From NCBI GenBank assembly GCA_041658585.1, contig JBAZZX010000008.1, positions 15,365-79,364 of the forward strand: 64,000 bases of DNA. The letters run 5' to 3'. The position numbers and the translations under genes are program-made. How positions within the stretch are numbered: the first letter of the stretch is position 1; each line of letters starts with the position of its first letter. The DNA comes from Thermodesulfovibrionales bacterium (lineage in GTDB: Bacteria > Nitrospirota > Thermodesulfovibrionia > Thermodesulfovibrionales > SM23-35). The notes under the pieces were generated by a model. It saw only the letters and a list, made by a program, of their open reading frames with translations, did not search any database and was not told the origin of the DNA. Below, piece after piece: positions 10,870 to 18,949 of this stretch.

Positions 10870-11010
10870 TTACAATACTCTTGAATTATTACAATAATGT
10901 TACATTCCCGTTAAATTTCTGTTACATGTATCACCCCCTAAATAACAATAATAAACACATCTATCTAATATAATCCGATATTGTTACGGCAATATTAAAG
11001 GAATGTTAAT
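10870..11010 (-). promoter_or_regulatory. duplicated pstS-type promoter with phased TTACA boxes
   Basis: TTACA/TTACA/TTAAA/TTACA start at 10889, 10900, 10911 and 10922 (11-bp phase). TTACG/TTAAA/TTAAT start at 10984, 10995 and 11006. The region is collinear with 7927-8090. Confidence 0.5.
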
Positions 11011-11094
11011 TCTTTGTAAAATTTGAACCGTTACAGGCAAACAATGATAAGATTTATGGATATTGCTCCGGGATAATGGTTAAATAGTTTTATA

Positions 11095-11192
11095 TCGGAA
11101 GAAGAAGTCATGAACGAGTTCCGGAGGGTCAGGGATGAGATAAAAGAAAAAATAGTCAATTTTCTAATGGAAATAGCCGATAGCTGATAGCT
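11095..11192 (+). pseudogene. duplicated 3' fragment of arsC
   Basis: About 90% identical to 8811-8908 (TCGGAAGAAGAAGTC.TGAACGAGTTCCGGAGGGTCAGGGATGAGATAAAAGAAAAAATAGTCAATTTTCTAA…GCTGATAGCT). It lacks the catalytic N-terminal two thirds of the gene. Confidence 0.8.
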
Positions 11193-11306
11193 CAAAAGAT
11201 CATTCTTTTTGACTTTTAAAAAACAGGACTTGTCCTTTTGTACTTTAGATACAAAGCTTCAACCTTATTTCTGGCCCAAGGGGTTTTTCTCAGAAACTGC
11301 AAACTA

Positions 11307-11594
11307 TTAGCTGAGATGTTTATTGACTAATTTAGTCATCTCGAACATTGAGACTTGCTTCTTCCCGTCGAATACCGCCAAGAGGTTCTCATCAGCATTG
11401 ATATTCCTCTTGTTCTCTGCATCCTGGAGATTATTCTTCTTTATATATTCCCATAGCTTCTTGGTCATTTCCGACCTTGGAAGAGGTCCATTCCCCACTA
11501 TCTTAGACAGCGCCTCGCTGGGTTTCATAGCCTTCATAAATCCTGAGTTAGAGGTCCCTTGCTTTACAGCTTTTTTCTTCTTTTCTGCCATCAT
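11307..11594 (-). CDS. SWIB/MDM2 domain protein
   Basis: 95 aa. After a Lys-rich N-terminus the sequence reads …KPSEALSKIVGNGPLPRSEMTKKLWEYIKKNNLQD…INADENLLAVFDGKKQVSMFEMTKLVNKHL, the typical bacterial SWIB pattern. Confidence 0.85.
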   Translation of the reverse strand: MMAEKKKKAVKQGTSNSGFMKAMKPSEALSKIVGNGPLPRSEMTKKLWEYIKKNNLQDAENKRNINADENLLAVFDGKKQVSMFEMTKLVNKHLS

Positions 11595-11786
11595 TCTTCT
11601 CCTTATGTTTACGGATATATAGTCTTAATTCCTGAGTCTCAGGATGCACGCTTCTAAAAGTATACACTAATTCGCCAAATCCACGCATTCTTACATTGAA
11701 CTGGTGGGATCCATTCGATCCATCAGAACAGATCTCAACGAGTACGCACTTTTGGATATTGCAGATATAGACTATACTTGATGCAA

Positions 11787-12941
11787 TTACAAAGCTACCT
11801 GCAGGGTCAGCTGAATTCTTTTGTCGTCTTTCTTGTCTGATTGTTTGTAGTTCACGGTATCGTAATCTAAAACAATCATGTTCTTGTGCGGCTTGTCGAG
11901 ATGATATGCGGCGCCGACAATATATCTGTTATTTTCATCGTTTTTTGCATCCGTATTAGGATCAAAATGGTCATAACGGCCGATGACGCTGAATTGTTTC
12001 AAGGGTTTAATCTCGGTGAAGAAGGAATAGCCGTCTTTCTTGTTCTCATCATCGCCCTTTTGATTGCCTTTGCCCCAATAGTATTGGCCTGTTAAGGTAA
12101 CATATTGATGTTCAAAACTTACAAATCCCAGATTGGCTGTCCAGTCAGGCTTTGTGTCTTTATTGCCTTGGCCGGTTAACCCGAAATAAGAGAATTGGAG
12201 TCCCGGAACGATGTCAGGGAGCGGCCGTAGAGTGAGTCTTCCTTCTATAACCTTATTTTCATTCTTTTCTGCTGCAGCATATCCGCTGCCGTTATAAATT
12301 CCGACAGACATGCTTCCATAACGGCCGGGGTAATCTTTTGTGACATTATTTTGATAATTCTCGTCGATTGTGCCGCCTAACAAGGAAGCGAATGTTACTC
12401 CAATATCGGCTGAATTGAGCGTATTGTTTCTTTCGATAAACATGGTGTCCTGGCATCTATAGAAGTTGACATGTTCTTCATAGTCAAGCCAAGGCATATG
12501 CACGACGCCTACTTCGATGTTAGGTTTTGTAAGGAACGCAAAGTCGGGAAGATTGAACTGACCGTATGCATACTTAATCCTTACGGCGATAGACCCGTCA
12601 TAGTTGCTGTAAGTCTTATTTTTTGAGTCTTTTGCCTCGTCTTTGACCTGTGTTATGTCGAGTGTCATTCTGGCGCTGAACCATGGCATGAACTCTTTCT
12701 GCACCGTTAAATACCCGCGCTTTATGGCAAATCTGCTGAAATCCGTACCGTTGTTCTCCTGCCCGTCCTGATAGGAGAGATACCATAAAAGACCGAATTT
12801 GAAGCCTTTCAAAGCGTTGACAACCTTCTCAATATCTTTCTGGTCGACGCTTTTTTCCTCTGCTGCCGATGCTGCAGAATATACTGCTATCAGCAGCAAG
12901 CAGCATAAACTGACAACCAAAACCGAAAACCTTTTCTTCAT
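11787..12941 (-). CDS. outer-membrane beta-barrel porin, phosphate-selective porin O/P-like
   Basis: Signal peptide MKKRFSVLVVSLCCLLLIAVYSAASA and alternating beta-strand pattern throughout. I moved the start from the track's 13019 to the ATG at 12941, which is preceded by AGGAGG. A Pho-box array lies 110 bp upstream. Confidence 0.75.
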   Translation of the reverse strand: MKKRFSVLVVSLCCLLLIAVYSAASAAEEKSVDQKDIEKVVNALKGFKFGLLWYLSYQDGQENNGTDFSRFAIKRGYLTVQKEFMPWFSARMTLDITQVKDEAKDSKNKTYSNYDGSIAVRIKYAYGQFNLPDFAFLTKPNIEVGVVHMPWLDYEEHVNFYRCQDTMFIERNNTLNSADIGVTFASLLGGTIDENYQNNVTKDYPGRYGSMSVGIYNGSGYAAAEKNENKVIEGRLTLRPLPDIVPGLQFSYFGLTGQGNKDTKPDWTANLGFVSFEHQYVTLTGQYYWGKGNQKGDDENKKDGYSFFTEIKPLKQFSVIGRYDHFDPNTDAKNDENNRYIVGAAYHLDKPHKNMIVLDYDTVNYKQSDKKDDKRIQLTLQVAL

Positions 12942-13050
12942 ACTTTTCCTCCTTTTTCCTTTTTCATTAATCCGTGTAACAAGCAGATGATTCCAATCCC
13001 CGGCTTTCTGACCTGCCACGCATGAATTAGAATAATTTAATATGTGAATG

Positions 13051-13088
13051 TTACAGGAATATTAAGGAAAGATTAATTTTGTGTTAAA
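13051..13088 (-). promoter_or_regulatory. candidate Pho-box array upstream of the porin gene
   Basis: TTACA/TTAAG/TTAAT/TTAAA start at 13051, 13062, 13073 and 13084, exactly in 11-bp phase. Same composite motif as 8062-8090. Confidence 0.55.
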
Positions 13089-13092
13089 TCAA

Positions 13093-13258
13093 AAACTGCA
13101 GATGTCTAAAATAAATATATTTAACTCGTCTACGACCCGTAGGATGATTTTATATAAAAAGATAGTTGATGGTAATTGCATAAAAATATTTTGGTAACAC
13201 ATCTATATAAGTACACTATTGTATCGAAAAATAAATTTATTTTAGACATCTGCAGTTT
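13093..13258. mobile_element. MITE-like element (166 bp) with perfect 24-bp terminal inverted repeats
   Basis: AAACTGCAGATGTCTAAAATAAAT at 13093-13116 and its exact reverse complement at 13235-13258 flank an AT-rich, non-coding core. A third copy of the terminus lies at 62966-62990. Confidence 0.6.
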
Positions 13259-13286
13259 CTCTTGCAGGTTAATTGCATTTTTAGGG

Positions 13287-15092
13287 TTAAGCTACTGGTA
13301 AGATAAGGAGTATTTTTGTGCCTGTGCCTTCACTGCTTTGGATCTCCATGTCCCAGCCATGCGCCTTTACAAGGTGTTTGACTATAGCCAGTCCGAGACC
13401 GGTCCCCCCGAGATCTCTTGAACGGGCCCTGTCAACCCTGTAAAACCGCTCGCCAAGACGGGATAGGTGTTTCTTCGGAATACCGATGCCGGTATCCTCA
13501 ACGGAAATTTCGATGAAGGATAAGGGATGAGGGATGAGGGACAAATCAGCCGTTTGTTTTGCATTCTGCATTTTGCATTCTGCATTCTGCATTCTTATTG
13601 TTACTCCTCCCTTGTCCGTATACTTTATCCCGTTGTCGACAAGGTTGATTAGTATCTGTATCAGACGGCCTCTGTCCGCGTTTATCCGTATGACTTCGGG
13701 AGATATCTCTTTTTTGAGATAGAGACCCTTGGCGTCGCTCTTGTCTTTCAGGGTTTCAAAAACGGTCTCCGTCACTTCATCGGGATTGACATCCGTCTTT
13801 TCAATCGTTATATCTCCAAGCTCTATCCTTGAGAGGGTGAGAAGATCATTGACAAGGGAGTTCAGGCGTTCGCTGTTGCTTTTAATTGTCTCAAGGAATT
13901 TGAAGGCACTCTCCCTGTCATCGAGGGCGCCTTCAAGGAGCGTTTCCGCAAAACCTTTTATTGCCGTGATGGGGGTCTTTATCTCGTGGGAGACATTTGC
14001 AACGAAATCTTTTCTTACCTCTTCAAGTTTTTTCAGTCTGGTGATATCATGAAACGTCAACACAACGCCGGATAATTCTTCGATGGTTTTATGAGAAGAG
14101 AAGGGTGAAGCGGTGACCATCAGGTGAAGCTCCCTCGGATGGTCGATCTCTATTTCACGGGATATTTTGTGACCGCCTTCGGCAACCATATCTATCAACT
14201 CCATAAGCTCGGCCTTCCGGAATGCCTCCATTAATGTTTTGCCGTCTATGCCCGATGATATGCCGAACAGTTTTGAAACGGCGTCATTACTCAGTATAAT
14301 CCTGCCCTTTGTATCGGTCAGTATCAGGCCGTCCGACATATTTTGGATAATCGCCGCTATCTTCTGTTTTTCATCTTCGCTCTGTTTCAGTTTTGTCTGC
14401 AGTTCATCCGCCATATCGATGATATTTTTGCCGAGCTGACCGAGTTCATCATTGTTTTTCAGAAACAATCTTTTTTTCAAATTCCCTTCCGCCACTTCTT
14501 TTGAAAATTCCGCGATCTCCTCGATAGATTTTGTGACCTTTCTTGTCTGGAAAAGTCCTGTAAGAAGCGCTATGAAAAGTATGGAAAGAGAAGCGATAAT
14601 CACCCTCATCCTGATCTCATTGACAGCCTGTTCAACCTCGTAGAGGGGCATTGACAGCCTCAGGAATCTTTTCGGGTCCGTATCGGTTGATATGGCAAGA
14701 TAAAACTGATTCCTGCTGAGAGTGCTGCTGAACCTTACAGAACTCCCTGTGCCGCTTATATCGGCTTCCTTAATCTCCGGCCTGTTTGCATGGTTCTCCA
14801 TGATATTAGCCGGCTCGTCGGAATCTCCCAAAACTTTTCCTGAATCGTCAATAACCGTTACCCTTGCTCCGGTCCGGTCCTTGAATTGTTTGCTGAAAGC
14901 GTCAAGGTTGTCTGAAAAAGAAAGAGGTATCTGATCCGCAATCAGGCGGGCCTGTATACCGAGGCTTTTCTTGAGGTTTGCAATATAGCTGTCCTTTACT
15001 TCGCGTGAGAGATAAAATTCAAGGGAAAGAAGCAGCAGAGGAGCGATAATAATATAAATCAGCACTATCCTTCTGAAAAGAATATGCTTCAT
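13287..15092 (-). CDS. phoR: phosphate regulon sensor histidine kinase PhoR
   Basis: TM/HAMP/PAS N-terminus, H-box VANVSHEIKTPITAIKGF, and HATPase N/G boxes (LINLVDNGIKYT, DTGIGI, GGTGLGLAIVKH). Overlaps phoB by 1 nt. Confidence 0.9.
   Translation of the reverse strand: MKHILFRRIVLIYIIIAPLLLLSLEFYLSREVKDSYIANLKKSLGIQARLIADQIPLSFSDNLDAFSKQFKDRTGARVTVIDDSGKVLGDSDEPANIMENHANRPEIKEADISGTGSSVRFSSTLSRNQFYLAISTDTDPKRFLRLSMPLYEVEQAVNEIRMRVIIASLSILFIALLTGLFQTRKVTKSIEEIAEFSKEVAEGNLKKRLFLKNNDELGQLGKNIIDMADELQTKLKQSEDEKQKIAAIIQNMSDGLILTDTKGRIILSNDAVSKLFGISSGIDGKTLMEAFRKAELMELIDMVAEGGHKISREIEIDHPRELHLMVTASPFSSHKTIEELSGVVLTFHDITRLKKLEEVRKDFVANVSHEIKTPITAIKGFAETLLEGALDDRESAFKFLETIKSNSERLNSLVNDLLTLSRIELGDITIEKTDVNPDEVTETVFETLKDKSDAKGLYLKKEISPEVIRINADRGRLIQILINLVDNGIKYTDKGGVTIRMQNAECKMQNAKQTADLSLIPHPLSFIEISVEDTGIGIPKKHLSRLGERFYRVDRARSRDLGGTGLGLAIVKHLVKAHGWDMEIQSSEGTGTKILLILPVA
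13512..13595 (-). repeat. 84-nt block of 12 phased heptanucleotides inside phoR, in frame
   Basis: Sense strand: (AGAATGC)x3 AAAATGC AGAATGC, then three non-repeat heptads, then CCTCATC CCTCATC CCTTATC CTTCATC. It encodes RMQNAECKMQNAKQTADLSLIPHPLSFI between the N-box region and the DTGIGI box. Confidence 0.85.
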
Positions 15093-15790
15093 TATTTTCC
15101 GTCGAAGAAGTAACCTATCCCGCGCAGGGTTTTTATATATACCGGTTTCGCCGGATCTTCTTCTATACTTGAACGCAGTCTTCTGATGTGTACGTCGACA
15201 GTCCTCGGCTCAACAAACGCCTCATCACGCCATACGGCATCGAGGAGCTGGTCTCTGCTGAATACCCTGCCTTTTCTTTCGGCAAGAAAAAGGAGCAGTT
15301 TGAACTCTGTTGCGCTCAGTTTGACGGACTTCCCTTTGACTGCAACGGTATATCTTTCCGAGTCTATATCGAGGTCTCCTGTTTTCAATGTCCTGACGGA
15401 TGCGGGTTGCTCTGCGGATCTCCTCAGCACAGCCTTGACACGCGCTATAAGCTCTCTCGGGCTGAAAGGCTTTGTCATATAATCGTCCGCCCCCATCTCA
15501 AGACCGATTATCCTGTCTACTTCCTCTCCCTTTGCAGTAAGCATGATAATCGGCAGCCTTGCAGTCTTTGGATCGTTTCTTATGATGCGGCAGATCTCCA
15601 TCCCCTGAACGCCGGGCAGCATAAGGTCAAGGATAACCAGGTCGTATTTCCCTTTCCTGATTTTTGCGAGCGCATGTTCCCCGTCCGAGGCTGAATCAAC
15701 GGCAAAGCCTTCCTTTTTCAGGTTATATAAGACCAGATCCGCAATATCGGCCTCGTCATCAACAACAAGGACATGCTTTAAGGTATCCAC
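15092..15790 (-). CDS. phoB: OmpR-family response regulator PhoB
   Basis: Receiver domain (VVDDE…DLVILDLMLPG…) plus a winged-helix C-terminal domain. Immediately upstream of phoR and overlapping it. Confidence 0.9.
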   Translation of the reverse strand: MDTLKHVLVVDDEADIADLVLYNLKKEGFAVDSASDGEHALAKIRKGKYDLVILDLMLPGVQGMEICRIIRNDPKTARLPIIMLTAKGEEVDRIIGLEMGADDYMTKPFSPRELIARVKAVLRRSAEQPASVRTLKTGDLDIDSERYTVAVKGKSVKLSATEFKLLLFLAERKGRVFSRDQLLDAVWRDEAFVEPRTVDVHIRRLRSSIEEDPAKPVYIKTLRGIGYFFDGK

Positions 15791-15894
15791 ATAATACTTA
15801 TAGCATTTTCAGGGATTGTTCCGCAATAAAGCATTCAGACAAATGCAAATGTCCCATACATTAATGATACAATATGGACATTGGAGGTTTATCA

Positions 15895-16920
15895 ATGAAA
15901 AATTTACAACCCTCATTGAAAGATTGGAAAGCCCTTTATGAAGTTGCCGTAGAATTCAGGAAAGCGGAGCCGTGGTCATGGATCAAGGAAACCGATGTGT
16001 TCGGCGTTCAGAATCCGAAGACCGGCGAGATCGGCTATTGCTGCATAATGGGCGAACTGGGGGAAGTCCTGGCAATGGCCATATATGAGGGGACTGAAGG
16101 TTTGCAGAGTTATTTAAAGATACAGAAGGGACAGATAAACCCGGGCGATCCCGACGCCCTTTTTATGCAGAAGTGCCTGATGCTGTCCTTCGAGAACGGA
16201 AAATTCGTCGAGGAAGACGACAAAGAGATTATAGATGAATTAGGTCTTACATTCAGGGGACGAAATGCGTGGCCCGTCTTCAGAAGCTATCAGCCGGGCT
16301 ATTTCCCCTGGTTTCTGAACAGGGATGAAGTTTTGTATATGACGCTTGCATTGCGGCAGGCGATGGATGTCTGCCTCCGTATAAAAAAAGACGGGAAGAT
16401 ATTGCATGCTCCCAAAAGGAACTTTTATCTGGTCAGAGCGGCTGAAGAAAAGGCCGGCAAGGTTTTCTGGAAGGATGAATGGAAGGCGCCTGCCCCTGTC
16501 AAGAAGAAAGCGGAAGTTCTCGATGGACCGGTAAATGAAGTCAGGATTCAAAAATTGAAGAAAACGGCAAAGCCTGCTACGGCAGTATGGGAAATAGATT
16601 TCTTCCATACACCTACGCCCGTGATGCAGGGAGAAAGGCCGATTTTCCCTTATGCGATTATGTTGATGGACCACGATACGGGTCTTATTCTTGATATGCA
16701 CCTTGCGGGGACCGCCGCATATCAGAGAGAATTCCTCGATAAATTTCTTGGCTGCATCGAAAAAACATCCGTTATTCCCCTGGAAATACTCGTGAGGAAA
16801 GAAGAGGCGGCCGGGCTTTTTGGACCGTATGCCGCCCGTTTGAATATAAAGCTAAGCACGATTAAGAAACTTAATAATATCGAACATGCCCGCCGGGAGA
16901 TGGAGAAATTTATGCAGTGA
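15895..16920 (+). CDS. hypothetical protein (341 aa)
   Basis: Long ORF. I chose the ATG at 15895 (GGAGG 8 nt upstream) over the track start at 15874. No catalytic motif recognised. Confidence 0.65.
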   Translation: MKNLQPSLKDWKALYEVAVEFRKAEPWSWIKETDVFGVQNPKTGEIGYCCIMGELGEVLAMAIYEGTEGLQSYLKIQKGQINPGDPDALFMQKCLMLSFENGKFVEEDDKEIIDELGLTFRGRNAWPVFRSYQPGYFPWFLNRDEVLYMTLALRQAMDVCLRIKKDGKILHAPKRNFYLVRAAEEKAGKVFWKDEWKAPAPVKKKAEVLDGPVNEVRIQKLKKTAKPATAVWEIDFFHTPTPVMQGERPIFPYAIMLMDHDTGLILDMHLAGTAAYQREFLDKFLGCIEKTSVIPLEILVRKEEAAGLFGPYAARLNIKLSTIKKLNNIEHARREMEKFMQ

Positions 16921-16951
16921 TTACGGGCCGAACGGATAAAGCAGGGGATCC

Positions 16952-17377
16952 TCAGGTCGCTTTTCTCCTTCTCTTTATGAAGAATTTTGTGATTACATAA
17001 GCTATGCCGGAAAATAGAATTCCAAGGACGATACTCCCCACAATGATCGGCCATAAATAATGAGAAAGCAGATTGATGTTTTTTGAGAACTTAATTTCCA
17101 GAAAGTGTCCTCTGAGCATGAGATTCCCGACCTCGGCGCAGATAAAGAGCTGAAAAGGGTAAGTAATGGGATTGGACACCTGGGTGCCGAGCAGTACTAC
17201 CAGCGGACTGAGCCGCAGGAGAGAAGCAAGCCCCAAAGCGATTATGGTGTGAGTGCCGAAGACCGGCACAAAAGCAACGAGTATTCCCACCGCCATCCCG
17301 ACTGCAATCTCATGGGGAGTCAGCCCTTTTTTGGTGAGGCTGATGATATAGGTTTTTAATTTTGCGAAATATTTCAT
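16952..17377 (-). CDS. DUF2062-like small membrane protein
   Basis: 141 aa. The pattern …GLTPHEIAVGMAVGILVAFVPVFGTHTIIALGLASLL… followed by further TM helices is typical of DUF2062. Confidence 0.65.
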   Translation of the reverse strand: MKYFAKLKTYIISLTKKGLTPHEIAVGMAVGILVAFVPVFGTHTIIALGLASLLRLSPLVVLLGTQVSNPITYPFQLFICAEVGNLMLRGHFLEIKFSKNINLLSHYLWPIIVGSIVLGILFSGIAYVITKFFIKRRRKAT

Positions 17378-17386
17378 AGTTAACTG

Positions 17387-17585
17387 ATCAGTTGCATAAC
17401 TTGAAAGGCAGACATGACAAAAAACCTTTTGAATGCGACAAAAATTAAACCATATTCACCTGACGGCACTTTCAACCAGAAGTGCATTATAGATGAATGC
17501 GTGCTGCCATGTGTGAATAGTACATTATGGAGTCGCCAAAAGCTTTTTCATCATGCCAGCCTTTCAAGTTCAGAATGTCTTTGCA
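17387..17585. repeat. ~200-bp hairpin (palindromic) element, copy 1
   Basis: About 90% identical and collinear with 30249-30448. It has ~40-bp imperfect terminal inverted repeats (ACTTGAAAGGCAGACATGAYAAAAAACCTTTTG…) and nested internal inverted repeats. It starts 9 nt from the DUF2062 gene start. Confidence 0.8.
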
Positions 17586-17706
17586 TCGGTTAGGTTAATA
17601 ATACCCAACTTCGGGAATAATTAGCCCGATTAGCTTATCAAAGGATATTTCAAGTCATAATACAAATAAACAGCCAACGGGATTTTCCGGCATCGCAAAA
17701 ACTCTT

Positions 17707-18828
17707 TCACTCGAAAATCACATAGCTCTTTACCTTTTCAGACCTTTTACCCTTCAATTCGACTTCTTCCGGCCGGGTAATCTTTTTCTCGCGGCGTATT
17801 TTGAGTATCTTGCCAACCGTTTCAGGCCCGAGTCCCGGCACCCTGAGCAGTGCCTCCCTGTCGGATGTGTTGAGCCTGACGGGGTAGAATTCAGGATGTG
17901 TGTCAGCCCAAACTTCTTTGGGGTCCTTGTCCATGCGCAGGCTGCCCGATTCATTAAAAAGGATGTCCTCCCTTTTAAAGCCGTATTTGCGGTTAAGAAA
18001 ATCGACCTGATAGAGACGATGCTCCCGCAGAAAAGTCTTTTCACCGTTTGTGAGAAACAGCCTTTCTCCGGGGATGTCCGGATCGCCGAGACCCTTCTGG
18101 TATGCTGAAAAATAAACCCGCTTGAAATTCATAAGGTCGTACAACCCGAACATGGAATCGATGATCTCCGCGTCGGTTTCATCCGAAGCCCCGACAATGA
18201 ATTGAGTGGTGCATTTGACTCTCGAAAACCTCATGCCCTTCTCAGTGAGCCTCCCCATCAACTTTAACGGATGAAGGATGTCTTTATCGTAGTCCTTTTT
18301 ATTTGAAAGGACCGCGAAGTGTTTTTTGCCCGGCGTTTCGATATTAAGCGATGCTGCAGATGCAAGAGAGAGGGCGTCTTCAATTGCCGCATCGGATGCT
18401 CCCGGGATAATCTTCAAATGAATGTACCCCCTGAAACCGTATTTGTATCTGAGAAGCCGGGCAGCGGTATTGATTTTATCCATAGTATAATCCGCATCCC
18501 TGATTACGGCGGAACTCAGGAACAGGCCGGATACCCTTCCCCTTCTCTGATACTCCATGAACACGCGGGCAACCTCTTCAGGTTGGAGCGTACAGCGACG
18601 GACATTCGTTTCAGAGCGGAGAGGGCAGTACTTGCAGTCGTTGGCGCATGCATTGGAAAGAAGGGTTTTCAAAAGGACGGAATACCCGCCCTGAGGCAGA
18701 ACAACCGGGTAAAGCCATTTGCCTTCCGATCCTCTCCTGCGATGCTCATTCTTACCGGTGCCGCACGCGCAGGCCAGATCATACTGTGAATCTTCGGACA
18801 GCACTTTCAGCTTTTCGATAGTATCCAT
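17707..18828 (-). CDS. putative DNA modification/repair radical SAM protein with C-terminal helix-hairpin-helix
   Basis: N-terminus …DSQYDLACACG…, radical-SAM cluster CANDCKYC, and C-terminal HhH …LLRVPGLGPETVGKILKIRR…. Confidence 0.8.
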   Translation of the reverse strand: MDTIEKLKVLSEDSQYDLACACGTGKNEHRRRGSEGKWLYPVVLPQGGYSVLLKTLLSNACANDCKYCPLRSETNVRRCTLQPEEVARVFMEYQRRGRVSGLFLSSAVIRDADYTMDKINTAARLLRYKYGFRGYIHLKIIPGASDAAIEDALSLASAASLNIETPGKKHFAVLSNKKDYDKDILHPLKLMGRLTEKGMRFSRVKCTTQFIVGASDETDAEIIDSMFGLYDLMNFKRVYFSAYQKGLGDPDIPGERLFLTNGEKTFLREHRLYQVDFLNRKYGFKREDILFNESGSLRMDKDPKEVWADTHPEFYPVRLNTSDREALLRVPGLGPETVGKILKIRREKKITRPEEVELKGKRSEKVKSYVIFE

Positions 18829-18949
18829 AGAAACCCTTTAGCCATTATATCACAGCGTCATCCGACTTATGAATGAGAAGAAAGCAGTGAGAGAATATGA
18901 TAGAATAAATCAATCGTGAAAACCCTTCTTACGCAGAAAAGTTGATAAT

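Noticed and set aside
12942-13019. N-terminal extension of the porin ORF (track start at 13019)
   Set aside because: The extension (MAGQKAGDWNHLLVTRINEKGKRRKS) precedes a perfect signal peptide that has its own ATG and AGGAGG RBS at 12941. It would also overlap the promoter region.
13512-13595. Tandem arrays considered as a CRISPR or mini-CRISPR
   Set aside because: The unit length is 7 nt with no spacers, the arrays lie inside open reading frames, and no cas genes are present.
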